Made by a program: the position numbers and the translations under genes. 64,000 nt of DNA from positions 23,323 through 87,322 of the IMG/VR virus record IMGVR_UViG_650377940_000003, one strand, 5' to 3'. The notes beneath the pieces were generated by a model. That model saw only the letters and a program-made list of their open reading frames with translations, was not told where the DNA came from and did no database searches. The DNA comes from a virus. Lineage: Duplodnaviria > Heunggongvirae > Uroviricota > Caudoviricetes. Positions 38,172 to 48,038 of this stretch are shown here, piece after piece. Within the stretch, counting starts at the first letter, position 1. Each line of letters starts with the position of its first letter.

Positions 38172-38510
38172 TCAATAGTCTTTAACCTTAATCGTCTGCT
38201 CGTCCATAATAGCACCACAGGCACCGCAGAACAGTGTACAGTCAATTCCAGTAGAGTTATGACAACTTGAACACTCACAATACAGTGATTCTCCAAAATC
38301 CGCCTCATGTTCAATCCAATGAGCATGAACCACTCGACGGAACTCACCGCCAGCAGACATTTCTTTTTCAAGAATGCTCTTTGTGTATTGCATTGCCATA
38401 TCGCACCACATACCACCAATAGACTTTGCATTACCTCTGACCCTAGGACGAGCGAGGGCACTATCGAGGACGCCAATCAATCGTGTTGCATTTACAAACT
38501 TATCCATCAC
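38172..38510 (-). CDS. Hypothetical protein with C-terminal Zn-ribbon
   Basis: HAHWIEH...CSSC...CGACGAIMD; a common phage family. Confidence 0.65.
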   Translation of the reverse strand: MMDKFVNATRLIGVLDSALARPRVRGNAKSIGGMWCDMAMQYTKSILEKEMSAGGEFRRVVHAHWIEHEADFGESLYCECSSCHNSTGIDCTLFCGACGAIMDEQTIKVKDY

Positions 38511-38785
38511 TTGACCTCCTCAGCCACCCGGCGAATCGTCTCATCAATCTGTTCAAGCTCTGCCAGTAAAACGTCCACTGTATCAGCATCACTTTCGGAA
38601 ATATTCAAATCCTTGATCTTATGTAAAGCCCATTCAAGGTTCGGGTAATAGCCGACCGTAACCTCCTTTACGCCGGTGCCAATCTCACCAGTCTTTGGAT
38701 TCTTGCCAGCTGGCCGCTGCTCAACGATAACGAGATTCCGCTCGTCGCAGTTTTTAATAATGTATTTACCAATTTGCACTCGCAT
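38507..38785 (-). CDS. Hypothetical protein (DUF5405-like)
   Basis: GYYPNLEWAL motif; family call is tentative. Confidence 0.55.
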   Translation of the reverse strand: MRVQIGKYIIKNCDERNLVIVEQRPAGKNPKTGEIGTGVKEVTVGYYPNLEWALHKIKDLNISESDADTVDVLLAELEQIDETIRRVAEEVK

Positions 38786-39048
38786 CTCTTAGCCCTCCTT
38801 AAATATTTCTAGCGGCCTCAAATGCAGCCACATCGTTCATGAAATCATTGATATGTAAATACTTGTCAGCCTTCCGCACAGTCTTAGGCTTAAACTCTTG
38901 ACATTTGCATCGCACCTCATCACAAGTGGTGAAGCACGGGATCTCATACTGGCATTTTGTGCAGACATGCTTCTTATAAAACTCCGGCAAGCGTCCAACC
39001 GCTTGGTAACACTCATAAGTTACCTTTAAATCAATCCAGTAGGGGTTA

Positions 39049-40167
39049 TCAAAATTCATTGTTAGATACCTCATTATAAATATAATTCTCACATGGAATT
39101 TTTTGTTCGTTTGGAATGTAGATCAATGCATACACTAATTTTTTAATAACAGTTTTACTTAAAGATTTCTCAACATAATCACTACACGTCTCCGCACCAT
39201 TTTGAGTGTATACGATGTATTCTTCTCGTACTTTTCTTCCGCGCTTTATATTTGCTAGTTTCGGAATGTTCTCGCAAATAGCGTCATTTAAACGGTGAAC
39301 ACACTCTAAACAGGTTTCCTCATTTGTATTATTCCGCATACGTTTAATAGAAGTTGTATCAATTATAATATGATACATAGAATAAACTGTATCATACGGA
39401 AATATATCTGTAAATTTATTTTGTAATTCATTATAAAAATACGATGATTTTCCACTCAAGAAAATGTCTTGCTCGTTCTCACATTCTTCACCTGAAGATT
39501 TTTTAAAACTATGGACAACCTTGCTGAACAAATTATTATAGTCTCGTAGCTCTACTTCTGTAGGAACATGAAGCTTATCGCAGCCTAACTCTTTACTAAT
39601 AAAAACGGGAGTATAATTGCAAGAGATGAACTCTTTATTTTTCTTCATTTCTTCCAATGCATAATAAATGTATTCTTTAAATGAACTGCGTACCTTTCTT
39701 TTAAAGTTAATAATATCCGTGACTCTTGCTTCATTATCATAGACTTGAGTGTAAGGCTTGTCGAAATCTTCATTTATCATTCCGCAAGCTTTTGCTATAT
39801 TATCCAATGTCCAAAATACATCAATATTACCATTTTCTACTTCCGGTGAAATTTTAGATAATTGATACCGAATGATTTCTTTGATGTTTGAACCGTATTT
39901 ATTATTCCCACTCTTTGGTCTAGGAGATAAAATTTCAGTCTTTGGACGAATCTTTTTTACAGTGTAGCAGAAGCTTCCTTTTTCTTTTTCTAGTACAACA
40001 TATCTGTTTAATTCAGCCATGACCTGTCTTTTGCTGCTACCGCATACTGCACATCCATTCTTGTCCAAAATATTTAAATATTCAGACAATGCACGGAAAT
40101 TTTTAAAAACCTGGCCTTCATGTAATTTATCAGCCATATCTTGTGTTATGTTATAAATTTTATTCAT
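39049..40167 (-). CDS. Hypothetical protein, paralog of 40177..41346
   Basis: Shared N-terminus YNITQDMADKL.EGQVFKNF..LSEYLNIL. Confidence 0.75.
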   Translation of the reverse strand: MNKIYNITQDMADKLHEGQVFKNFRALSEYLNILDKNGCAVCGSSKRQVMAELNRYVVLEKEKGSFCYTVKKIRPKTEILSPRPKSGNNKYGSNIKEIIRYQLSKISPEVENGNIDVFWTLDNIAKACGMINEDFDKPYTQVYDNEARVTDIINFKRKVRSSFKEYIYYALEEMKKNKEFISCNYTPVFISKELGCDKLHVPTEVELRDYNNLFSKVVHSFKKSSGEECENEQDIFLSGKSSYFYNELQNKFTDIFPYDTVYSMYHIIIDTTSIKRMRNNTNEETCLECVHRLNDAICENIPKLANIKRGRKVREEYIVYTQNGAETCSDYVEKSLSKTVIKKLVYALIYIPNEQKIPCENYIYNEVSNNEF

Positions 40168-40176
40168 AAACTCTCC

Positions 40177-41346
40177 TTATCTTTTATAAGAGCCATACCA
40201 TTTAAATCCAGCACGAGGAATTCCAGAATTCGCAGGAACACGAATCATTCCATCTATAAAGAGCTGAAGAACCTCATCACTTAACTGTCTATGCACAAAG
40301 CGAAACGGTGGTTGAGAAGCATCATTATAATATTCTGGATTTTCTTCCAACACCGCTCTACCTCTTCTGACGGTAGAAAGCGTTGGAATATTCTCACACA
40401 TAGCATCATTCATCTCGTGAAAACTTTGCTGTTGCAATTTATATTCCGTCCGTGCCGCAGATCGCTTCAACGAGTTCGGCTCAATCGTAATATGATACAT
40501 TGGCCGTGCTAGGTCATATGTAAAAATTTCCTTGAATCTATTATCTAGCTCTTCATAAAACTCATGAAGTCGTCCGGTCAAAAATACGTCTTGCTCACTC
40601 TGACACACTCGCCCAGATGACGTGTAAAATTCATGAAGCACGTTCGTATACATCTTCATATAAATTGCCTTTTGGTCTTCAGAAGGAATGTGGTACTCTT
40701 CTGGGTCATGGTTTATAAACACAGCAGGGCAGTCCTCAAAAAATATTTCCTTATTTTTTGCCATAGATTTAAGCGCAGACTCAATGTACCCAACCATTGT
40801 AGATTTAGTACATTGTTGAAACGTCTCAGCATCCGCTGCTAAATTCTCTCTGAACTCATCCATTTGCTCACGAGCAACACTTTCTAATGGTGTACCAACT
40901 ATCTCAGCCCAGAAGGTATCCTCGCCATGTAAATCCTCTGAATATTGATAAAAATTTTTGTTAGTCATTCCACATGCTCGTAGTATTGCAGTTGGCGTCC
41001 AAAAGAACTCCATCCAACTACTGCCGTCACATTCTTTAAGTAAGTGGTAAGCAATCTGGTTCTGCAGACGCAATGAGAACTTTCCTTTATTTCTTGTCGG
41101 TAGAGGAGGAAGTACCTCATTGTCTGGACGAATCTTTACTATGACAAAGCGTTTTCCTTCCTTTTTAAACTCAACAAAACGATTCAACTCTTCAAGGAAG
41201 TGTTTTTTACTATTCCCACCCAACGGTTTTCCACTTTTATTAAGGATGTTGAGATAAGTAGATAGTTCCAAGAAGTTTGAGAACTTTTGTCCATCACTTA
41301 ATTTGTTGACCATATTCTGCGTAACATTATAATTATTCTGCTCCAT
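40177..41346 (-). CDS. Hypothetical protein, paralog of 39049..40167
   Basis: YNVTQNMVNKL.DGQKFSNF..LSTYLNIL; GGAGG RBS. Confidence 0.75.
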   Translation of the reverse strand: MEQNNYNVTQNMVNKLSDGQKFSNFLELSTYLNILNKSGKPLGGNSKKHFLEELNRFVEFKKEGKRFVIVKIRPDNEVLPPLPTRNKGKFSLRLQNQIAYHLLKECDGSSWMEFFWTPTAILRACGMTNKNFYQYSEDLHGEDTFWAEIVGTPLESVAREQMDEFRENLAADAETFQQCTKSTMVGYIESALKSMAKNKEIFFEDCPAVFINHDPEEYHIPSEDQKAIYMKMYTNVLHEFYTSSGRVCQSEQDVFLTGRLHEFYEELDNRFKEIFTYDLARPMYHITIEPNSLKRSAARTEYKLQQQSFHEMNDAMCENIPTLSTVRRGRAVLEENPEYYNDASQPPFRFVHRQLSDEVLQLFIDGMIRVPANSGIPRAGFKWYGSYKR

Positions 41347-41605
41347 ATTGCCTCCAGTTCTAATTTAGTTGTACTGACGAGTCTGTATTATATATATGTA
41401 TGAAGATACATAGTCGTCAGTCCAAGTACAACTCTCACAAAATATCTAACAATGGTTTACTCGACTTGAAGCTATGCCGCGCAAGCGGCATAGATTCAAT
41501 TTGAGTAAACCTACGAGCGTCCGCAGACGCGAGATCCATCTCCCGCCCTGTCTGGAAGACTACTATAAACATCCACCACAATCATCCTAACACAATCTCT
41601 TAGCA

Positions 41606-41685
41606 GTATCCTGTATTGTATAGCTATCTACATTCATTATACCATGAGATTGCCAAAAATTCAATAGCTATCTAATACAGGATAC
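41606..41685 (-). promoter_or_regulatory. Leftward promoter flanked by inverted 21-bp operator-like repeats
   Basis: TTGAAT(41664-41659)-N17-TATAAT(41641-41636) lies between GTATCCTGTATTGTATAGCTA (41606-41626) and its near-inverse (41665-41685). Confidence 0.7.
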
Positions 41686-42489
41686 GAGCATTTCTAGCGC
41701 CTATTATAATAAGGTATGGTTCTGGGAGGTATTGTTCTCTATGAAGGACATCCAGATGCTCTATATGTTCTATGTAAGCTGCCAAAGGCTACAATCATGC
41801 TCCTTGTAGGTCTTTGGAGCCTCTGAGAGTGCTGCTCGGATGCCAGATCAGTCTATTTATGGTGATAGGGGAGTACAGATTGGTACAAATAGGCACTTTA
41901 TGCTCCGAAGAATGGTCATTTTCGGTACATTTCGGGTACACATCGGAAAAAACCGCATGAATCCTAGGTTTTTCAGACTTTATTGGGCCAAAAAGGAACA
42001 AAATAAGTGGTAAAAAGGTACAAATAAAAAGAAAAACTAGCCAAAATATAACGCAAATACGTTAAATTCTAGCTAGTTACCGAATGAGCTACCGATTGAA
42101 AAATAGCGATTTTAAGCCATTTTTAGGTATTTTAGAGGGGAAAGTAAATGATTTATGGGTGTATGTAGGAGAGGGTATAGGAGTGTATTTTTGGATATTT
42201 TTGTCAGGGGAAAGTGTACCCCGGGTAAGGGAGAAGGTAGAGAGTGTGATGGAGTGCCGGGATGGGATAAGATGGAGATTAGGAAGGTTTGATAGAAATT
42301 AGAAAGAAGGTAATTTTTGTGGAGATTATTGTGCAAATTATATAGTAATATGGAATATAACAAATTTATAATTGGTGATTATGAATAAGAAAGATGTACT
42401 GGGGGCTCGGTCTGCTGCTGGGAACGTCCAAAAAATGGAAAGTATGCCCCATTCCATCCAGTGCCGGAAATGCTCATTTTCCGACACTC

Positions 42490-42611
42490 ATTCCTAGCAC
42501 TTTACTAGGAATTTTTTGGTGTAGATTCAATCCCTAGTATTTTACTATGATATCAACAAGTTGCAATTCCTAGCACTTTGATATGATATCTGATTTAATT
42601 CCTAGCAACTT
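42490..42611. repeat. Iteron-like direct repeats ATTCCTAGCACTTT
   Basis: Copies at 42490, 42530 (variant), 42566 and 42598 (variant). Confidence 0.65.
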
Positions 42612-42804
42612 GCTATGAATTGTTCGATATCAAAACGATATCAAATGTTGCACAGGCAACATAAAGTAAAGTAGAAATACTTTACACTTACTCCATTCCG
42701 CCTATATTGTAATAATATTATTATTCCATATCGCGCACGCGCACGCACCCATCCGGGACTCTAATAGGTACACAAAAATCCATTTGTTGCGTGTGCAACT
42801 TTTT

Positions 42805-42871
42805 CGGTTTAACCGCTTGACATTTACGGTTTAACCGACTATAATAAAACCACGCTCAAGGGCAACAGCCC
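42805..42871 (+). promoter_or_regulatory. Consensus early promoter 1 with two CGGTTTAACCG operators
   Basis: TTGACA 42817-42822, N17, TATAAT 42840-42845; palindromes at 42805-42815 and 42827-42837. Confidence 0.85.
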
Positions 42872-42965
42872 AACAGCCTAGCATGGTAGACGGTTCTGGA
42901 ATACCATTCATTCCAGCTTGCGAAAGTTGTTGGTACAACGTCCAAAAGCAAAAACAAAATAGGGC

Positions 42966-43020
42966 TTGACAAAACGGTTAAACCGTGATACAATACAGTC
43001 AAGCTCAAGGGCGAAAGCCC
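42966..43020 (+). promoter_or_regulatory. Early promoter 2 with CGGTTAAACCG operator
   Basis: TTGACA 42966-42971, N17, TACAAT 42989-42994; palindrome at 42975-42985. Confidence 0.8.
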
Positions 43021-43423
43021 AAAAGCAAAACCCAAAACCCAATAGCACATTGACAAGTCAAGACTTCTGATTTTAGCCTGTTTGGTTTAACTCTTGTTTA
43101 ATTACAAGAAAAATCATGCAACAAAAGTCGAGATTAGAAGTTTACCGTATCGGCAAACATTTACTTGTTTTGTCGGTTTGGTGCGACAAGTCACAAAAAA
43201 TCGTACCTTGAATTTTGATAACACTATCTTTGCGGTAGGGGCGGAAACGCATAACCAAAAGCAAGAAAAGCGCATATTGGCAAACAAGATGTTTTAGACG
43301 CAAGTCTTTCACTGGTCCCTAGGTAAACTATACCTAAGAGGATCAGCAAGGATGGTCAACAGTATGCACCTTGTATCAAAAGCGTACTGTACCAGAACAT
43401 AAACAGAAAAGAGGTGGATTCAA

Positions 43424-43609
43424 GTGTTCAAAGAAAAGCTCAAAGCCGTTCTTTTTGTAGCTCTTTTTACTATCGGTTTCATCCTTATTACCGCTGGTAT
43501 GCTGGTTAGCTTTTGCGGATTAGCATACATGGGATATGCGGTTGTTTTAACCGTCTACGGCGGTTGTTCACTTCTTGCAACAGCTCTTGTTGAGGACATT
43601 CTCAAGTAA
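43424..43609 (+). CDS. Small membrane protein
   Basis: Two hydrophobic helices; GAGGTG RBS. Confidence 0.55.
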   Translation: MFKEKLKAVLFVALFTIGFILITAGMLVSFCGLAYMGYAVVLTVYGGCSLLATALVEDILK

Positions 43610-43674
43610 GTCTATCCGGCAAAAGCCGTCATGTCAATACACAATAAGTATAGCACAACAAAGGAGATAATACT

Positions 43675-44532
43675 ATGTCTAACCTGTCTAACGTCTGTCT
43701 GTCCATCCGTAGCTCTAACAACAAGACTTCTACCGCAAGGGGCTATGCAAGTAACGGCAAGGCTCTTGTTAGCTTTACCAACAAGGGCGGTGTTAATACG
43801 CTCAAGGCATACCCCAAGGCCGATAAAGTGCCGTCTTATCTGTTGATGGACGAAAAAGAATACACGGCATACGGCAACGCAATCAAATACGTTTACAATT
43901 CCGCTTGCCACGTCAACGCAAGCACTACCAACAAAGAGGATGAAAGCATTATCAAAGTTTACACTACCGACTTCCATTCTTGCCTGTCTGATCTTGCAAC
44001 TATCGTTTTTGGCGACACGTTCTCTATGCAAGAGTATCCCTCTTTTGGCACAGAAGTCCTTGCAATAGCAAAGACTTACCTTACCACCACTATGGATGGT
44101 GACGTTTCCCCGGCAAATCTTCCGATCAATCGTTTTGTCAAGGCTCTTGAACCTATGCTTTTGAGCGTAGCAGCACACAGCGTTTTCCTGAAAGACTATG
44201 AACGGGACTATAACCTTGCTTGCAAGCGTTGCAATTCCCGTATCAACAAGGCAACGGCACAGCTTGATAAAGCACAGGCAGAGTATGATAAGGCACTGTC
44301 TGAACTGGATAAGGCAAAAGAGCAGATTGTCAAGGACAAGAGCGACAACACCATCAAAGCGTCTACTAAGAAAACCCACGAAAACAATCTTGAAAAGGCT
44401 CAGAAAGAATTTGATGCAAAAAAGAGCGTCCTTGACACCATCAAAAACACTATCAACACCTGGACCATCAAGTTGGCTGATGCTCAGAAAACCTTTGAAC
44501 AGGCAAAAGCAGAGGATGAAAAGAACTCTTAA
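43675..44532 (+). CDS. Hypothetical protein with C-terminal coiled coil
   Basis: 285 aa; AAGGAG RBS. Confidence 0.7.
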   Translation: MSNLSNVCLSIRSSNNKTSTARGYASNGKALVSFTNKGGVNTLKAYPKADKVPSYLLMDEKEYTAYGNAIKYVYNSACHVNASTTNKEDESIIKVYTTDFHSCLSDLATIVFGDTFSMQEYPSFGTEVLAIAKTYLTTTMDGDVSPANLPINRFVKALEPMLLSVAAHSVFLKDYERDYNLACKRCNSRINKATAQLDKAQAEYDKALSELDKAKEQIVKDKSDNTIKASTKKTHENNLEKAQKEFDAKKSVLDTIKNTINTWTIKLADAQKTFEQAKAEDEKNS

Positions 44533-44670
44533 AGTCAAACCCAAGAAGTTAGTCTAAACATACCAGAATGCAATACATAATACGCCTGACGACTAGAGGT
44601 ACAGGGGAAGAAGTAACCTCTACCAACGGCAAAACGCCGTCACAAGATACCATAAAAGAGGTGAAATATC

Positions 44671-45342
44671 TTGAAATCCTATCAAAATACGATGGGAGAA
44701 GTGCGTCAGAACACTTCTGGACACTCTATCATCTACAACGGAACAGAAGTCAAAGAGCTTGATCTTTACGGCACATTTGACGGCGTTGTGTTTGTCAGTC
44801 GTCCGTTTATCGCAATGGAAACAGGCTTTATGCCTATGTACGTCAAAACATCTATGGGATGGACTTCTATCCATCCTTGCAAGATTGTTGACTTCCTCAA
44901 AGAAGCATACAAGGCAAGAAGTATTTCCCTTTATGACTGGAATGCCTATCAGCAGAGCAAGAAAGAAAAGCGTCTTGCAATGGAAAAGGTCAAACAAAAG
45001 CAGAGTGAAACGGCTTTTCTCAGAGCGTCACAAGCTAATGCAGAAGGTTCTTTGCGTTACCATAAGAGCAAGAAACGTCTTGATGACCGCTATAATGAAG
45101 TGGGTAAACCAGTTCAGAAAAAGCGTTCTCAGCGTGTTGTATTTGGCTCTAGTGAATACATCACAGTTTCCGGCTGGATCTACGGCAGAGAAGTCTTGAT
45201 GAATAATCATAGCTTCCGCATGGATGAAAGAATGTCGTATTATATGGACGGCACTGGATGCTGTGCCCGTGATTTCGATAACAGAGATATGCGTCCTTTG
45301 AATGACGTGTTTCCTGTGAAATCTGGCAAGAAAGCAAGGTGA
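44671..45342 (+). CDS. Hypothetical protein
   Basis: 223 aa; GAGGTG RBS. Confidence 0.6.
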   Translation: MKSYQNTMGEVRQNTSGHSIIYNGTEVKELDLYGTFDGVVFVSRPFIAMETGFMPMYVKTSMGWTSIHPCKIVDFLKEAYKARSISLYDWNAYQQSKKEKRLAMEKVKQKQSETAFLRASQANAEGSLRYHKSKKRLDDRYNEVGKPVQKKRSQRVVFGSSEYITVSGWIYGREVLMNNHSFRMDERMSYYMDGTGCCARDFDNRDMRPLNDVFPVKSGKKAR

Positions 45343-45353
45343 TAACTTTGGGT

Positions 45354-45382
45354 TTGACAGCAATTCGTCAGAATGATATAAT
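45354..45382 (+). promoter_or_regulatory. SigA-type promoter
   Basis: TTGACA-N17-TATAAT. Confidence 0.8.
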
Positions 45383-45410
45383 TGTACCATCAAGAAAAGG
45401 CGGTGCAATT

Positions 45411-45626
45411 ATGGCAAATCGTGATTATAAAAAAGAGTATCAGCAAAGCAAAGATAAGGCAAAACTGATTGGCCTGAAAGTTGATGCTGATTTCTTTGAT
45501 GCTTTTACCGCTAAGGCAGAGCTGAACGGAACAAACAAAAATGCGATTTTGAAAGCCTGTGCGGAAGCGTACACTTATGGAAATCTCATCATTGATGAGA
45601 ATGGAAAACCTCAGATTGTTGGCTAA
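45411..45626 (+). CDS. Ribbon-helix-helix-like DNA-binding protein
   Basis: KLIGLKVDADFFDAFTAKAELNGTNKNAILK pattern. Confidence 0.6.
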   Translation: MANRDYKKEYQQSKDKAKLIGLKVDADFFDAFTAKAELNGTNKNAILKACAEAYTYGNLIIDENGKPQIVG

Positions 45627-45768
45627 CCACAATAACTCCGGCAACAACGTCTTGTGAATTTATCGCAAGGCGTTTTCTTTATGCCTTGTTTTGCATAATT
45701 ATGCAAATAATATGCAGAATATGCAAAATGGAAACACGAAAACAACACGATAAAAGAGGAGATTTATT

Positions 45769-45957
45769 ATGAAATTTGTCAGAATCAACGGAGAGAATCA
45801 CGCCGGTTATGCTCTGCTTGATATCATCGAGCACAAGACAACCAGCATGACCGTATCAGAATTGATTGAAACTCTGTCCAAGTGCAGCCCGGACGCATAC
45901 GTTACGTTCGGAAATCAATATGACGATTATATCGTCGAAACCGTTAGAGAGGTGTGA
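45769..45957 (+). CDS. Hypothetical protein
   Basis: GAGGAG RBS; MTVSELIETL motif. Confidence 0.6.
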   Translation: MKFVRINGENHAGYALLDIIEHKTTSMTVSELIETLSKCSPDAYVTFGNQYDDYIVETVREV

Positions 45958-46207
45958 TACAATGGCAATCTTGGCTATTGAATCGGCTCTTGATGTTGCC
46001 GTAACATTTGGTGATACAGAGCTTGTGAAAATCTATCAGGAAGCCCTTGAAGAGGCGGGCGTCCACTATGAAAGCTCTGCCAAGTGCTGGGCATAATGAA
46101 AGAAGCGCAAACAGTATGAAAATATTATTATAGCCTTAACTATGATTGTAGTGTGGGCTGTGGTATAATAAGGGAAGAAAACCCTTAAAGAAAGGAGAAG
46201 AATCATC

Positions 46208-46570
46208 ATGGATGCAAGAATGATTAGTTTTTGGGGTTACGAAACTAACCCATGTGCAAACCCCGATACGGCAAACAACGGAGGTGGATACTCTCAGCCG
46301 TCCGGTGGCATCCTTGTTGCTCTCGAAAACGGTGAGTATCTTACCGTCACAGTGGATGATATGTCTTGCGGCGATTTTGGCAGCAGAATCGGTTGGACTA
46401 TTGACAGTTCAGACAGTCGCAGATGGGGCGGCTGTTATGGCACCATGAACGATGCTATGGTGGATAACGAATGGACGGAGGAATCTCTGGATTCCGTGTC
46501 TGGTGTGTACGGGATTGATGCCCGTGCAATGTTGTCGGATGCGGTTTTGGCTGTGCATATTGCCGCATAA
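46208..46570 (+). CDS. Hypothetical protein
   Basis: AAGGAG RBS; followed by terminator-like hairpin ~46586-46620. Confidence 0.6.
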   Translation: MDARMISFWGYETNPCANPDTANNGGGYSQPSGGILVALENGEYLTVTVDDMSCGDFGSRIGWTIDSSDSRRWGGCYGTMNDAMVDNEWTEESLDSVSGVYGIDARAMLSDAVLAVHIAA

Positions 46571-46746
46571 AGGTTTCCGTCAAGAAGAGTCTTGTAAGTT
46601 AATTCTTACAAGGCTCTTTTTATATGCAAAAGAAAGGGTGTTTGTTATGGATTATTTCACCGCAAAAGAAATGTTTGTCCTTGGTATCGTTCTGGGTGCA
46701 AGCCTTGTTTTGATTTTCACGCTGATTTTGAAGGGAGAAATGTAAG

Positions 46747-47028
46747 ATGGCAAAAATGAAACTCGATCCTATTTATCCTGATATCGTTAATCGCTTTCAG
46801 TATGTGAAAACGACTAACGCAGACGCTTGGCAGAAACATGTTAAGAATGTCATTGCAGAGAATGAGTACAATGACCTGTTGACCCGGATTGCGTGGGATT
46901 TACTCATGTATGTGTATACTTCTGATACGATTTCTGGGTGGTACGATAAGTATAATGTACATGATTCGCATATCACAACGGCAGTCAAAAAGGCTTACAT
47001 TGAAGTCTTTGGAATGCCGTCAGAATAA
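46747..47028 (+). CDS. Hypothetical protein
   Basis: 93-aa ORF with RBS. Confidence 0.6.
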   Translation: MAKMKLDPIYPDIVNRFQYVKTTNADAWQKHVKNVIAENEYNDLLTRIAWDLLMYVYTSDTISGWYDKYNVHDSHITTAVKKAYIEVFGMPSE

Positions 47029-47054
47029 AAGATATGTTTTAAGGAGAGCTTGAT

Positions 47055-47312
47055 ATGACCGCAAGAGAATATTGCAAGAGCCATCCTGTAACCGCTTATG
47101 ATAGCAGCTATGGCCGTTGTGGTGGTTTTCAGATTCATGGCGATATCGAATACGGCATTGACGATTACCTTTATGGTATGTCTGGTGTGTTGTGTGATGA
47201 TGAGAAGTATTTTCACTATCACCATTTGAAGATCATCTATGCACCGTCTGGCAGAGCATACGTCAAGTGTTTCGGTAAACGAATCTATCTTGATGAGTGC
47301 TTGAGAGTGTAA
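47055..47312 (+). CDS. Hypothetical protein
   Basis: 85-aa ORF with AGGAG RBS. Confidence 0.6.
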   Translation: MTAREYCKSHPVTAYDSSYGRCGGFQIHGDIEYGIDDYLYGMSGVLCDDEKYFHYHHLKIIYAPSGRAYVKCFGKRIYLDECLRV

Positions 47313-47487
47313 AGGAGAACACAATATGAAAAAAGGTCAATGGTTCATGAACGATGAAACAGGTGTTATCACTAACATTCATCGTGAAGCTGTCGAGTGG
47401 TATCGGCAGGGAATTGATGTTTCTATCTGGATCAATGGTGTTATCGTGTGCCGTTGGGGTCACTAAAAAGAAAGGAGAGTACAAAAA

Positions 47488-47847
47488 ATGAAACTTACTC
47501 AGAATAAGCTGTCCGTCATCCTGGCTACTGTTGTGGCTGGTGTTTCCATTCTGGCAAACTGTATGACTGCAAATGCGGCAGAGCCTATGAAAACTCGCCT
47601 GGAGAATCGTTATGTCCTGGCCGGTAGCGTGGATGAAATCGAAGTATTCCGCAACGGAATTAAGACCATCCATGTTATCGATGAGAACGGCGAGGAATGG
47701 TTATACTCCTACGCAAGCATGGAAGAAACCCCGGCAGATGGTCAGAAAGTGACCATGATCATGAACAACAATGGAACAAAAACCATTCATGATGACATCA
47801 TCGAGGATGTCTTGTGGGCACGGCCTGATGAAGTGAATGTTGATTGA
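47488..47847 (+). CDS. Putative secreted/membrane-anchored protein
   Basis: Signal-peptide-like N-terminus ending ANA-AE. Confidence 0.6.
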   Translation: MKLTQNKLSVILATVVAGVSILANCMTANAAEPMKTRLENRYVLAGSVDEIEVFRNGIKTIHVIDENGEEWLYSYASMEETPADGQKVTMIMNNNGTKTIHDDIIEDVLWARPDEVNVD

Positions 47848-47924
47848 TGTTCACAAAATGCTTACAAATAAACAACGTATCAACGCATTAAAATGTGACG
47901 TTAATAAAATCTACATTTTAGTGC

Positions 47925-48021
47925 TTGACAAAAGCAATAGTATCCTGTATTATGTAGCTAGAAAAAAACAGTCCTTCAGAGGACTTTTATTTTTACCATA
48001 TAGATATATAATACAGGATAC
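47925..48021 (+). promoter_or_regulatory. Promoter overlapped by inverted 21-bp operator-like pair
   Basis: TTGACA 47925-47930, N17, TATTAT; motif copies at 47940-47960 and, inverted, 48001-48021. Confidence 0.7.
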
Positions 48022-48038
48022 GAGAGAGGGGCTATAAA

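Noticed and set aside
42490-42645. Possible CRISPR mini-array
   Set aside because: Repeats are only ~14 bp, degenerate and irregularly spaced; no cas genes.
44584-44645. CTGACGA followed by stems, hammerhead-like
   Set aside because: No GAAA core at the required position and no cleavage triplet helix found.
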